A stretch of DNA of 64,000 nt, taken from Corallococcus exiguus (GTDB taxonomy: Bacteria; Myxococcota; Myxococcia; Myxococcales; Myxococcaceae). Position 1 is the stretch's first letter. Each line of letters starts with the position of its first letter. The notes under the pieces are model-generated. The model ran no database searches. It worked only from the letters and a program-made list of their open reading frames with translations, and was not told the origin of the DNA. Both the position numbers and the translations under genes were made by a program. The DNA is taken from NCBI RefSeq assembly GCF_051058965.1, contig NZ_CP183924.1. One strand, 5' to 3'. Of the stretch, positions 1 to 9,156 are shown one piece after another.

Positions 1-253
1 CACCGTAGCGTGCCTCCTCCTGGCGCTGCTTCTCCTCGGCCGCCAGGCGCTGACGCTCGCGCGCCAGCCGGAACTCTTCCTTGAGGCTGGTGATCTCCCC
101 CTTGAGCGAGGTGATGTCCTCCTTCACCGCTCGCGGGTGGCTTTCGCCAGCCGGGTCGTGATGGTTGCCCGCACGCTTGCCCTCCGAGCCGGCTCCACCG
201 GAGGCGGTCATCTGCATCAACAGCGCGGCCAGGGTCATCACCATCATGAGCAT
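1..253 (-). CDS. Partial CDS (N-terminal part; runs off the window start). Hydrophobic N-terminus followed by a Glu/Arg/Lys-rich coiled-coil. Hypothetical secreted or membrane protein.
   Basis: I translated the minus strand by hand from ATG at 253-251. The frame is open to position 1 (MLMMVMTLAALLMQMTASGG...LKGEITSLKEEFRLARERQRLAAEEKQRQEEARYG). It is not in the ORF track because it has no stop inside the window. Confidence 0.35.
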   Translation of the reverse strand, partial: MLMMVMTLAALLMQMTASGGAGSEGKRAGNHHDPAGESHPRAVKEDITSLKGEITSLKEEFRLARERQRLAAEEKQRQEEARYG

Positions 254-285
254 TCACGTAAGCAAGCGCCGTGCTCGCGCGCAAG

Positions 286-1344
286 TCATGTTGCGTGAGC
301 GGCGCCTCTCTGGCCGCCCTCCTCCTTGTGTGACACGACGCGTTCCGCGAGCCGGACGGCGGACAGCGGGGCGCTGCCTTCCGCCTTGTTGTTGATGGTC
401 ACGAAGACGGGACGGTCGCGCCGCACCGCCGCCATGCACACACGGGCCAGCACGTCGCGGGTGCCCACGTCCTCGTCCACCAGCCGGTTGAACGGCGCGT
501 AACGGGCGTAGGCCTCCTCGTAGCCGAGGTTCGGCGGCAGCATCCATCGCACCACCACGGCGCGGGCCTCGAACGCGCGCGTGAGCTTCGCCTGCCGCGC
601 GACGGGCGGCATGTGGGCCCACACCGCGAGCACCGGGCTCACGCCCGTGTCCGCGAGCGCCTGCGCGAAGCCCTCCGTGAGCAGCTCCTCGTTGCGAACC
701 TCCACCGCGTACAGCGGCCCCCGGGGCAGCGTGGAGAAGAACGCGTGCAGCCGCTCCACGAAGCGGCCCGCGCCACCCAGCGCCGCGGGATCCTGCGGTG
801 GAAACTGGAAGACGAGCGGTCCGGCCTTGTCGCCCAGCCCTTCCAGGAACGGCGCCACCACGTGGTCCACGGCGTAGGCCGCCTGGAGGAAGCGCTCGTT
901 CACCTGCCCCCGGTGCGCGCCGTAGCGCTCGTGCACGGGGAAGCGCGCCAACGTGCAGGCCTCGTGGGCCTTCACCAGGAAGCGGAAGCCGTCCGGCACC
1001 TGCTGCGCGTACTCAGCGAAGGTCGTGGCTGGCACCGGTGCGTAGAACGTCCGGTCGATGCCGACCGTGCGCAGCACCGGGTGGTGCGCGTAGGCAGCCA
1101 GGCCCTCGCGCGCCAGCTGGGTCGTGCTGGCCTCATGGTCGTAGACGAGCCCGTTCCAACCCGGGAAGGTCCATGACGACGTGCCCAGGTAGACACCGCG
1201 CGGGAGCTGCTCGCCCAACATGCGCAGGCTGTCGGACGGCTCGGCGGGTCCCACCGGCTGGGTCCTGCGCCGCGACGACGCGGGTGGCTCCTCCACCGCG
1301 CCGGTGAAGAGGTCGAACTGCGCGGGTCGTCGCGGTGCGCTCAT
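286..1344 (-). CDS. DUF72 (YecE/UPF0759) family protein
   Basis: 352-aa ORF with the DUF72-like pattern YLGTSSWTFPGW... and TIM-barrel-like spacing. Family assignment is from memory of DUF72 proteins. Confidence 0.75.
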   Translation of the reverse strand: MSAPRRPAQFDLFTGAVEEPPASSRRRTQPVGPAEPSDSLRMLGEQLPRGVYLGTSSWTFPGWNGLVYDHEASTTQLAREGLAAYAHHPVLRTVGIDRTFYAPVPATTFAEYAQQVPDGFRFLVKAHEACTLARFPVHERYGAHRGQVNERFLQAAYAVDHVVAPFLEGLGDKAGPLVFQFPPQDPAALGGAGRFVERLHAFFSTLPRGPLYAVEVRNEELLTEGFAQALADTGVSPVLAVWAHMPPVARQAKLTRAFEARAVVVRWMLPPNLGYEEAYARYAPFNRLVDEDVGTRDVLARVCMAAVRRDRPVFVTINNKAEGSAPLSAVRLAERVVSHKEEGGQRGAAHAT

Positions 1345-1499
1345 GCGTGCAGCTCCTCTCCCACGGTGGGGACGGCGGGGAAGCCCTGGGAGTAATCCCC
1401 GAGCCCAGGTGATGCAGCAGGTTGCCCCGATTCAGGGAGACGTTCCAGGTTTCCGGCACGCTCCCCAGGCGGACGACCACACACGGACAGTCCCCCCTC

Positions 1500-1630
1500 A
1501 ATCACCACGGTATGTGATTGGACCTTTGTCCAAATGCAAACGCAGTCACTTCGCTGTAAGCTATTTAAACCAAGGAATTCAGCACTACCTATGTAAAACT
1601 TGGACTGGATTGCAACGGCCGGGGGGCCTC
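1500..1630 (+). promoter_or_regulatory. AT-rich putative promoter region upstream of the PAS-LuxR regulator
   Basis: A locally AT-rich stretch (tatgtgattggacctttgtccaaatgcaaacgcagtcacttcgctgtaagctatttaaaccaagg...) in an otherwise approximately 70% GC context. It lies in the divergent intergenic space between the DUF72 gene and the LuxR gene. Confidence 0.4.
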
Positions 1631-2554
1631 ATGGACTGGTCGTTGACCGCATCGCTGCTCGCGGAGCGGGACACGCGGCCCATCGTCGTGATGGACCGGC
1701 GTGGCCGCATCGAGCTGGCGAACGGCGCGTTCACGTCGCTCCTGGGCCGGCCCCGCGAGGAGTTGTTGGGGCGCCGCTGGACGGATGTCTGCACGCCACG
1801 CGAGCACGGACGCGAGGTGGGACAGGCGCTGCGGGCCATCTTCACCAGCGCGGAGACGCGGCTGGAGACAGAGGTGCTCACGCGCGACGGCGAGCGGCTG
1901 TCGGTGGAGCTGGACGTGGCCGCCGTGGGCCGCCCTCCCCTGCGGCTGGTGGCCATCATCACGCGCTCCGCCCCGCCCCTCTCCATCCCCGAGCGCACCG
2001 TCTTCCCGGAGCCGGCCCGGGAACACGGAGCACGTCGGGATTTGAGCTACGAAATCTCCACCGAGCTGTCGTCGTTCGGGACGCTCAAGGCGGTGTGGAC
2101 GTCCGGAGAGGCGCGGCAGGAGGAGATGGTGGGCCGGCCGTGCTTCGGCGCCTTCGCCCACCGCGACGCGCCCTGCCTGGACTGTCCGCTGACGATGGCC
2201 GCGCCTACCTCCTGGCCGCACACCATCGTGCGGCAGGCTTCCGAGCATGCGGAGAGCTACGAGGTCGTCACCGCCACGCCCACGGGCGCTGGCACCGCGC
2301 GTGTCAGCGTTCACACCATCGGTGATGAAACACTCAGCGGCCTCTTCGAGGCGAAGGTGCGGCGCATGGCCAGCGCCGCGCGGCTGTCCGAGCGGGAAGG
2401 CGATGTGTTGCGATATCTCGCGCTCGGCCGCTCGCCGACCGACATCTCGACCGTGTTAGGGATTACCGAGCGCACTGTGAAATTCCACCAGGCCAACCTG
2501 CTCCGGAAGCTGGGCGCGGAGACGCGATACGACCTGCTCCGCCTGTTCTTCTGA
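1631..2554 (+). CDS. PAS-domain LuxR-family transcriptional regulator
   Basis: Internal ATG at 1631 (MDWSLTASLLAERDTRPIVVMDRRGRIELANGAF...) sits in frame with the 1220 ORF and follows an unusually AT-rich approximately 120 bp segment. The N-terminus is a PAS fold. The C-terminus is a LuxR HTH (LSEREGDVLRYLALGRSPTDISTVLGITERTVKFHQANLLRKLGAETRYDL). Confidence 0.8.
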   Translation: MDWSLTASLLAERDTRPIVVMDRRGRIELANGAFTSLLGRPREELLGRRWTDVCTPREHGREVGQALRAIFTSAETRLETEVLTRDGERLSVELDVAAVGRPPLRLVAIITRSAPPLSIPERTVFPEPAREHGARRDLSYEISTELSSFGTLKAVWTSGEARQEEMVGRPCFGAFAHRDAPCLDCPLTMAAPTSWPHTIVRQASEHAESYEVVTATPTGAGTARVSVHTIGDETLSGLFEAKVRRMASAARLSEREGDVLRYLALGRSPTDISTVLGITERTVKFHQANLLRKLGAETRYDLLRLFF

Positions 2555-2759
2555 TCAGGGCGCCTTCCCTCTGGGACAGCTTTCAGGCCGTTGACTTTGG
2601 AGGATGCTGGGACTTCGACTCCGGAGTCTTGTGGGTCGGGGGGGCCGTTGCCTATGGGCAGCGCCAGTCAAATCCGTCTCATCAAACACATACAGTCTGT
2701 GTGGACTTCCGTCCGGAAGCGTCCTGTCCGTGGGTGACACTCCGGGCTGGGACGACGTG

Positions 2760-3040
2760 ATGCGGGAGTTCCTCCTCGAGTCCCGCGAGCACGTGCAGAG
2801 CATCGAGGCGACGGTGCTGGAGCTGGAGGCGCGGCCGGGCTCGCAGCCGTTGCTGGCGCAGCTGTTCCGGGCCCTGCACACCGTGAAGGGCACCTGCGGC
2901 TTCCTGGGCTTCAGCCGCCTGGAAGCGTTGATGCACGCAGCCGAGGAGATGCTCGGCCTGGCGCGCGACCGGCGCCTGGTGCTGGACCGCGAGCGCGTGT
3001 CCACGCTGCTGGCGGCGGCGGACGCGGCGCGCGGACACGG
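2760..3040 (+). CDS. CheA-P1-like histidine phosphotransfer (Hpt) domain segment. It is apparently the N-terminal part of a frameshifted Hpt-PAS-MCP gene.
   Basis: [65 protein letters not shown] matches the CheA P1/Hpt signature (HT[VL]KG..GFLGF). The frame then runs on with no stop to 3404 as low-complexity junk, while the real continuation switches frame near 3035-3045. Confidence 0.6.
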
Positions 3041-3042
3041 AG

Positions 3043-4257
3043 TTGGCGCGCCTGAGGGCCATGCTGGAGAACGCGCCCACCTGCGTGATGGTGGCCGACC
3101 TGGACCTGAAGATCGTCTACCTGAACCCCGCCTCGCGCCGGCTGTTGCAGCGCGTGGAGAAGCACCTGCCCATCGCCGCGGACCGGGTGCTGGGTTCCCA
3201 CATCGACGTCTTCCACAAGGACGTGGCGTACCAGCGGAAGATCCTGGCCAACGACAAGAACCTGCCGGTGCGCGCGAACATCCCCATTGGGCCGGAGACC
3301 GCGGACCTGCTGGTGACGGCGGTGTACGACGGCCAGGGCCGCTACCTGGGCCCCATGGTGACGTGGGAGCTGATCACGGAGAAGCTCGCCGTGCAGCAGC
3401 GTGAGAAGGATCTGGACAGCACCCTGCGCGGCATCTTCCAGGAGGTGACGCAGCACTCGCAGACGCTCGCCGCGTCGTCACAGGAGCTGTCCAGCGTCAG
3501 CCAGCAGATGGTGAGCAACGCGCAGGAGACCGCGGCGCAGGCCACCCAGGTGTCCGCCGGCGCCGAACAGGTCAGCCGCAACGTGCAGAGCGTCGCGTCC
3601 GGCATGGAGGAGGTCAACGCGAACATCCGCGAGGTGGCGCGCAACGCGAGCGCCGCCGCCAAGGTGGCGTCCTCCGCGGTGAAGCTCGCGGACTCCACGT
3701 CCAGCGTCGTCGGCAAGCTGGGCACGAGCAGCCAGGAGATCGGCAAGGTCATCAAGGTCATCACCTCCATCGCGCAGCAGACGAACCTGCTGGCGCTCAA
3801 CGCGACCATCGAGGCGGCGCGCGCCGGTGAGGCGGGCCGGGGCTTCGCGGTGGTGGCCAACGAGGTGAAGGAGCTGGCGCGCGAGACCGCCCGCGCCACG
3901 GAGGACATCGGTCAGAAGATCGGCAGCATCCAGGGCGACACCGAGGAGGTGGTCAACGCCATCCTGGAGATTGGCGCCACCATCGGCAACATCAACGAGC
4001 TGCAGACGTCCATCGCCTCCTCCGTGGAGGAGCAGACGGCCACCGCGGGGGAGATCCTCCGCAACGTGGGCGAGGCCGCCAAGGGCAGCCAGCAGATCTC
4101 CGAGAACATGGCCGCCGTGGCGGAGGCCGCGCGCAGCACCACCGAGGGCGCGGGCAGCACGCAGCGCTCGGCGGTGGAGCTGGCCCACATGGCGCAGTCG
4201 CTGCAACGGCTGGTCGTGCAGGTGGACACCTCCGACAAGCAGACGCGGACGAAGTAG
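3043..4257 (+). CDS. Cytoplasmic methyl-accepting chemotaxis protein (PAS + MCP signalling domain). Probable C-terminal part of the Hpt-PAS-MCP fusion.
   Basis: The PAS N-terminus is [28 protein letters not shown]. The MCP highly conserved domain is [20 protein letters not shown]...[41 protein letters not shown]. There are no transmembrane segments. TTG at 3043 or ATG at 3061 can serve as a start if the gene is independent. Confidence 0.85.
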   Translation: MARLRAMLENAPTCVMVADLDLKIVYLNPASRRLLQRVEKHLPIAADRVLGSHIDVFHKDVAYQRKILANDKNLPVRANIPIGPETADLLVTAVYDGQGRYLGPMVTWELITEKLAVQQREKDLDSTLRGIFQEVTQHSQTLAASSQELSSVSQQMVSNAQETAAQATQVSAGAEQVSRNVQSVASGMEEVNANIREVARNASAAAKVASSAVKLADSTSSVVGKLGTSSQEIGKVIKVITSIAQQTNLLALNATIEAARAGEAGRGFAVVANEVKELARETARATEDIGQKIGSIQGDTEEVVNAILEIGATIGNINELQTSIASSVEEQTATAGEILRNVGEAAKGSQQISENMAAVAEAARSTTEGAGSTQRSAVELAHMAQSLQRLVVQVDTSDKQTRTK

Positions 4258-4291
4258 CGCGGGCGGCGTCAGGCACAGGGAGCGACGGCAC

Positions 4292-5821
4292 GTGCGAACC
4301 GGATTGAAGCGGTGGTGGGAGCTGGGCCAGGTGGCCCGTGCCTCCACGCGTCTGCGGCGGGGGTCCCGGCCCCAGGACGCGGAGCGCGCGCGGCACGAGC
4401 TGGCCCAGCGCCTGTTGGGGCTGCGCGGGCTGCCCCAGAAGGTGGGCCAGGTGCTCACACTCGCGGAGCTGGGCGCGGACACGCCGGGGTTCGGTTCGCT
4501 CGCGGAGGCGCCCTCCCCGCTCGACCCGGAGGCCGCGCTGGCGGAGGTGTCCCGCCGGTTGGGCCGTCCGTGGCGGGAGGTGTTCAAGTCGCTGGAGGGC
4601 GCGGGCATCGCCGCGTCGCTGGGCCAGGTGCACCGGGGCGTGCTGCATGACGGGCGCACCGTGGCCGTGAAGCTGCGGCACCCGGGCATCGCGGAGGCCG
4701 TGCGGGATGACTTGCGCGCGCTGGGGTGGCTTGCCGCTCCGTTGGGAGGCTGGCGCGGGAAGCTGGACCTGTCCGCCTACCGCCACGAGCTGGCCCGCAT
4801 GCTCCAGGGCGAGCTGGACTATCGCCACGAGGCCCAGGCCCTGCAGGACGCGGGCACTCGCATGGCGGAGGTGCCGGGCGTCGTCATCCCCGTGCCGGTG
4901 GATGAGCTCACGCGGGAAGACCTGCTGGTGATGACGTGGGTGGAGGGCGAGTCGCTCGCGGAGGGCTGGCGCTGGAGCGAAGCGGACCGCCGCGCGCTGT
5001 CCACGACGCTGGTCCGGCTGTTCCTCCACGGCTGCTTCACGTGGGGCGCGCTCCACGCGGATCCGCACCCGGGCAACTACCGCGTGTCGCGGGGACCGGA
5101 CGGCAAGCCCGTGCTGGGAGTGCTCGACTTCGGCTGCGTGAAGACACTGCCGCCGGAGCTGTCCGTGGGGCTGGGGCGGTTGATCGCGCTCCTGAACTGT
5201 CCGAGCACGCCGCCGCGCCCGGAGCAGCTCCTGTCCGCGTGGGTGATGCTGGGCTTCGCGCCGGAGCTGCTGGAGCCCATGGCGGAAGCGCTGCCCGCCG
5301 TCAGCCGAGTGCTGCTGGAGCCCTTCCTCCTGGACCAACCCTTCCACGCGCGAAGCTGGCGCCTGGGCGAGCGGCTCACCGAGGCGCTGGGGCCGCACCG
5401 CTGGAACTTCCGCGCGGCGGGGCCCGCGGCGCTCCTGTTCGTCCTGCGCGCGTTCCACGGGCTGGTGCGACACCTGGACGTGCTGGATGCGCCCATCGCA
5501 TGGGGACCCCTCCTGGATGAGGCCTGTGCCCCGTCACTGCCGCCTCCGCCATCGCCGTCGGCGGCTCCCGTGGAGGGCACCGCGCGATACCTGAAGGTCC
5601 AGGTGACGGAAGGAGGGCGGACGCGCGTCGCGCTCACCTTCCGCGCGGACGTGACGGCGCACCTGGAGGACCTGCTGCCGGAGGACCTGCCTCGCAAGCT
5701 GGCGGCGCGGGGCGTGGATCCGGCGGCCATTGGTATCGCGGCGGTCGCGGCGGGTCTGCGGCCGTCGGAGTTGTTCCACCTGGATGAGGGCCGCCGGCGT
5801 GTCCGGGTCTGGCTCGAATGA
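4292..5821 (+). CDS. ABC1/UbiB/AarF-family atypical protein kinase
   Basis: The sequence carries GQVLTLAELGAD...LGQVHRGVLHDGRTVAVKLRHPGIAEAVRDDL...ELDYRHEAQ...ALHADPHPGNY...LDFGCV. This is the ABC1 kinase motif set (VAVK lysine, HADPHPGN catalytic loop, DFG). The start is tentative at the in-frame GTG 4292. Confidence 0.75.
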   Translation: MRTGLKRWWELGQVARASTRLRRGSRPQDAERARHELAQRLLGLRGLPQKVGQVLTLAELGADTPGFGSLAEAPSPLDPEAALAEVSRRLGRPWREVFKSLEGAGIAASLGQVHRGVLHDGRTVAVKLRHPGIAEAVRDDLRALGWLAAPLGGWRGKLDLSAYRHELARMLQGELDYRHEAQALQDAGTRMAEVPGVVIPVPVDELTREDLLVMTWVEGESLAEGWRWSEADRRALSTTLVRLFLHGCFTWGALHADPHPGNYRVSRGPDGKPVLGVLDFGCVKTLPPELSVGLGRLIALLNCPSTPPRPEQLLSAWVMLGFAPELLEPMAEALPAVSRVLLEPFLLDQPFHARSWRLGERLTEALGPHRWNFRAAGPAALLFVLRAFHGLVRHLDVLDAPIAWGPLLDEACAPSLPPPPSPSAAPVEGTARYLKVQVTEGGRTRVALTFRADVTAHLEDLLPEDLPRKLAARGVDPAAIGIAAVAAGLRPSELFHLDEGRRRVRVWLE

Positions 5822-5843
5822 AACACGGACAAGGAGGTGACGG

Positions 5844-6179
5844 ATGGTCACCATCGGCATGAACTACGAAGTGCGTGAGGGCAAGGCGGAAGCCTTCGAG
5901 CGGAAGTTCGCGCTGGTGCTGGAGGCGATGCGCACGCTGCCGACGCACGCTCACACGGAGCTGTTCAAGAGCGTGGGAGCGCCGGGGCGCTACCTCATCG
6001 TCTCCGAGTGGCACAGCCGCGAGGGCTTCGACGCCTTCGTCGCGTCCGAGGCCTTCCACCGCGTGACGGACTGGGGCGCCAGCGCCATCCTCGCGAGCCG
6101 TCCGCGCCACGAGGTGTATGGCGAAAGTGCCTCCAGCGCCCCCGTGGGCCGCTGCCCGGTCGCGCACGCGGCGCGGTGA
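5844..6179 (+). CDS. Antibiotic-biosynthesis-monooxygenase (ABM) domain protein
   Basis: 111 aa. AAGGAGG RBS at 5831-5837. The ABM-like dimeric alpha+beta barrel pattern is present (EVREGKAEAFERKFALVLEAMRTLPTHAHTELFKS...YLIVSEWHSREGFDAFVASEAF). Confidence 0.7.
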   Translation: MVTIGMNYEVREGKAEAFERKFALVLEAMRTLPTHAHTELFKSVGAPGRYLIVSEWHSREGFDAFVASEAFHRVTDWGASAILASRPRHEVYGESASSAPVGRCPVAHAAR

Positions 6180-6190
6180 AGCGGGTGCGA

Positions 6191-7255
6191 ATGAACGCCA
6201 TCCGGGTCCTCGTGGTCGACGACGCGGCCGTGGTGCGGCGTCAGGTGTCGCTGCTGCTGGGCGCGGCGCCGGGCCTGGAGGTCGTCGCCACCGCGCCCAA
6301 TGGCCGCATCGCCCTGGCGAAGGTGGAGCAGTTCCAGCCGGACGTCGTGCTGTTGGACCTGGAGATGCCGGAGCTGGACGGGCTGGAGACGCTGAAGCTC
6401 CTGCGTCAGCGCGCCCCGGAGTTGCCCGTGGTGATGTTCAGCGCGCTCACCGAACGCGCGGGCGTGTTGACCCTGGAGGCGCTCGCGCTGGGGGCCCGCG
6501 ACTACGTGACGAAGCCCACGTCCGCGGGCGGGATGAACATCACCGTGGAGGCCGTGCGGGACGAACTGGTGCGCAAGCTCAAGGCGCTGAACGTACGCAC
6601 GCCGTCCGCCACGCCCTCGCCCCCACTGGTGACGCGCGAGCCGCAGTCCAGGCCGCGAGTGCCCGCGCGGGTGGAGGCCATCGTCGTCGGCGCGTCCACG
6701 GGAGGCCCGGGCGCGCTGGTGCGCCTGGTGTCCGCACTGCCCGCGGACCTGCCGGTGCCGGTGTTCATCGTGCAGCACATGCCGCCCCTCTTCACCCGGC
6801 TGCTCGCGGAGCGGTTGCAGGGCGTGACGCCGCTCACCGTGCGCGAGGCGGTGACGGGCGCATCCGTGAATGCGGGCGAGGTGTGGGTCGCTCCCGGCGA
6901 CTTCCACCTGGCCGTGTGCCGGGATGCGACGGGCGTGCGGCTGCTCACGCACCAGGGGCCGGCGGAGAACGCGTGCCGTCCGGCGGTGGACCTGCTCTTC
7001 CGCTCCGCGGCGGAGGTGTACGGCGCGGGGGTGCTGGCGGTGGTGCTCACCGGCATGGGCCAGGACGGGCTGCGCGGCTGCCGGAGGGTGAACGAGGCAG
7101 GCGGTCAGGTGGTGGTGCAGGACCAGGCCAGCTGCGTCGTCGGCAGCATGCCGGGTGCGGTGGAGCAGGCGGGGCTCGCGGATGCCGTGGTGCCCCTGGA
7201 GGCGCTGGCCCTGGAGCTGGCGCGGCGCGTGGATCCGCGCGGACGGAGGACCTGA
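6191..7255 (+). CDS. cheB: Chemotaxis response regulator protein-glutamate methylesterase CheB
   Basis: The REC domain reads MNAIRVLVVDDAAVVRRQ...DVVLLDLEMPELDG. The CheB catalytic domain reads IVVGASTGGPGAL...FIVQHMPPLFT...VLTGMGQDG. Confidence 0.9.
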   Translation: MNAIRVLVVDDAAVVRRQVSLLLGAAPGLEVVATAPNGRIALAKVEQFQPDVVLLDLEMPELDGLETLKLLRQRAPELPVVMFSALTERAGVLTLEALALGARDYVTKPTSAGGMNITVEAVRDELVRKLKALNVRTPSATPSPPLVTREPQSRPRVPARVEAIVVGASTGGPGALVRLVSALPADLPVPVFIVQHMPPLFTRLLAERLQGVTPLTVREAVTGASVNAGEVWVAPGDFHLAVCRDATGVRLLTHQGPAENACRPAVDLLFRSAAEVYGAGVLAVVLTGMGQDGLRGCRRVNEAGGQVVVQDQASCVVGSMPGAVEQAGLADAVVPLEALALELARRVDPRGRRT

Positions 7256-7257
7256 AC

Positions 7258-8148
7258 ATGTCCCTGCTTCCCGACGACTTCGCGTACCTGCGGCAGCGCG
7301 TGCTGCGCCGCTCCGGGCTCGTGCTGGAGTCCGACACGTACGCGCTGGTGGAGACGCGGCTCACGCCCCTCATGCGCGAGGAGCGTCTGCCGGACCTCTC
7401 CTCCCTGGTCTCGCGGTTGCGCTCGCAGCCGGAGGGCAGTCCGCTGCACCAGCGCCTGGCGGAGGCGCTGGCCAACCACGAGACGGCCTTCTTCCGCGAC
7501 GCGCCCGTCTTCGAGGCCCTGCGAACCACGGTGCTGCCCACGCTGCTGGCCAGGCGCATCCGCACGCGAACGCTGCGCATCTGGTGCGCGGCGTGCGCCT
7601 ACGGTCAGGAGCCCTACAGCGTCGCGATGACGCTGACCGAGGCCGGGCTGCTCATCACCGGATGGACGGTGCGCATCCTCGCCACCGACTTCTCCACCCG
7701 CGCGATCGTGCGCGCCTGCGAGGCCCGCTACGACGCGAAGGAGATCCACCGGGGCCTGACGCCCGAGCTGCGCCAGCGCTACTTCCACCAGGAGCGCGAC
7801 GGGTGGCGGCTGAGTGAACAGGTGCGCAAGCCGGTGGAGTTCCGGCCGCTCAACCTGATGGAGGACTTCCCGCTGGAAGCGCCCGTGGATCTCGTCTTCC
7901 TGCGCAACGTGATGATCTACTGGGACGCGCCCACCCGGCGCGCGGTGCTCGCCCGCGTGCGGCGGATGCTCCACGCGGACGGCTACCTGGTGCTGGGCGC
8001 CGCGGAGGCCTCGCCCCTGGTGGAGGACGGCTTCACGCGGCACCTGATTGGACAGACAAGCTGGTACCGCCCCACGCCCGCCTCGTCTGGCGTCGGCGCG
8101 CCCGTGGAGGACGCGCGGCGCTCGCCCCGCTCCGGCGCTACACCTTGA
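7258..8148 (+). CDS. cheR: Chemotaxis protein methyltransferase CheR
   Basis: MSLLPDDFAYLRQRVLRRSGLVLESDTYALVETRL...NHETAFFRD...LRIWCAACAYGQEPYSVAM...VFLRNVMIYWD shows the CheR N-terminal and SAM-MTase motifs. The start ATG at 7258 lies 2 nt after the cheB stop. The longer 6118 ORF is a spurious upstream extension. Confidence 0.9.
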   Translation: MSLLPDDFAYLRQRVLRRSGLVLESDTYALVETRLTPLMREERLPDLSSLVSRLRSQPEGSPLHQRLAEALANHETAFFRDAPVFEALRTTVLPTLLARRIRTRTLRIWCAACAYGQEPYSVAMTLTEAGLLITGWTVRILATDFSTRAIVRACEARYDAKEIHRGLTPELRQRYFHQERDGWRLSEQVRKPVEFRPLNLMEDFPLEAPVDLVFLRNVMIYWDAPTRRAVLARVRRMLHADGYLVLGAAEASPLVEDGFTRHLIGQTSWYRPTPASSGVGAPVEDARRSPRSGATP

Positions 8149-9058
8149 GGCGGATGGCGCCCGGCAACAGCGTCATGGTGCAGGGCAGCCGGCCCGGCGT
8201 CTCGCCGTCCACGTCCAGGAACACGTCGCCCGTCAGCGACTCGGCGTGGATGGTGCGGCAGCGCAGCCTCCGCGTGCCCTTCCAGGTGACGTGGTCGCCG
8301 TTGTAGACGCCCTTGGACTTGAGGACGAAGTCGGACAGGCCGTAGTTGGACCAGATGGTGACGTCGAAGAGGCCATCGTGCGTCACCGCGTCGGGCGCCA
8401 CGAACATGCCGCTGCCGAAGTAGCGGCCGTTGGCCACGGCCACCGCGGTGACGCTCACCGTCTCCGGCTCACCGCCGTCCACCGTGAGGCGCACCTGCTG
8501 CTCCTGGTACTTGATGAGGCCCTTCACGGTGCCCCACATGAAGCTCAGGTTGCCGCCCAGCGCCTTGCTGCCCTGGTTCACCTCGCGGGCCACCACCGCG
8601 CTCACGCCGAGCGAGGCGATGTTGGCGAAGAAGCGCGTGGCCGGCTTGCCGTCGTTGTCGGTGAACTCCAGCCGCCCCACGTCGAAGGGCTCGGTCGTCT
8701 CCGTGCGCAGCCGCTCCAGCGCGGACGTCAGCTCCAGGTCCCACCCGAAGGTGCGGCGGAAGTCGCCGCCCGTGCCTCGGGGCAACAGGCCCAGCGTGGC
8801 CCGGGGGTTGATGACCTGTCCGTCGCGGAAGAAGCCGTTGGTGACCTCGTTGAGGGTGCCGTCGCCGCCCACCGCGACGATGCACTCAAAACCGTCATCG
8901 ATGGCCTGCCGCGCCAGACGCGCCGCATCCATGCCGCCGCTGGTGAAGCCGTACCCGAAGTCGCCGAGCACCTTGCCCACCTGCGCGGAGATCTCCACCC
9001 ATCGCTTCCCCGTCTGCCCGTTGGCGCTGCGCGGGTTGACCACGAGGAACGTCTTCAT
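8138..9058 (-). CDS. Diacylglycerol-kinase-family lipid kinase (YegS/BmrU-like)
   Basis: MKTFLVVNPRSANGQTGKRW...FECIVAVGGDGTLNEV...LGLLPRGTGGDF is the DAGK_cat signature. It is convergent with cheR, overlapping it by 11 bp. Confidence 0.85.
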   Translation of the reverse strand: MKTFLVVNPRSANGQTGKRWVEISAQVGKVLGDFGYGFTSGGMDAARLARQAIDDGFECIVAVGGDGTLNEVTNGFFRDGQVINPRATLGLLPRGTGGDFRRTFGWDLELTSALERLRTETTEPFDVGRLEFTDNDGKPATRFFANIASLGVSAVVAREVNQGSKALGGNLSFMWGTVKGLIKYQEQQVRLTVDGGEPETVSVTAVAVANGRYFGSGMFVAPDAVTHDGLFDVTIWSNYGLSDFVLKSKGVYNGDHVTWKGTRRLRCRTIHAESLTGDVFLDVDGETPGRLPCTMTLLPGAIRLKV

Positions 9059-9156
9059 TCAGTGCCTTCTCCCTGCTGCGAGAACGACCTGTTTACGCAA
9101 TTGTGAGCCCAGGCTCCACTCCGTGACCCACGGGAGGGCCTCATCGCCCGGGGTGT

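Noticed and set aside
165-395. 76-aa plus-strand ORF at the window start
   Set aside because: It lies within or antisense to the better-supported partial minus-strand gene and the DUF72 gene end. It has no RBS or motif.
2555-2760. Short palindrome cacatACAGTCTGTgtg in the LuxR-Hpt intergenic region, considered as an operator
   Set aside because: It is a single short occurrence with no second copy, so the evidence is too weak to call a feature.
3478-5821. Large minus-strand ORFs (3478..4689, 3992..5473, 5077..5832) antisense to the MCP and ABC1-kinase genes
   Set aside because: Their translations are Arg/Pro/Ala/Gly junk with no motifs. The sense-strand genes have clear domain signatures.
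6118-8148. 676-aa ORF suggesting a much longer CheR
   Set aside because: The N-terminal 380 aa are Arg/Gly/Ala junk in a frame overlapping cheB. The genuine CheR starts at ATG 7258, right after the cheB stop.
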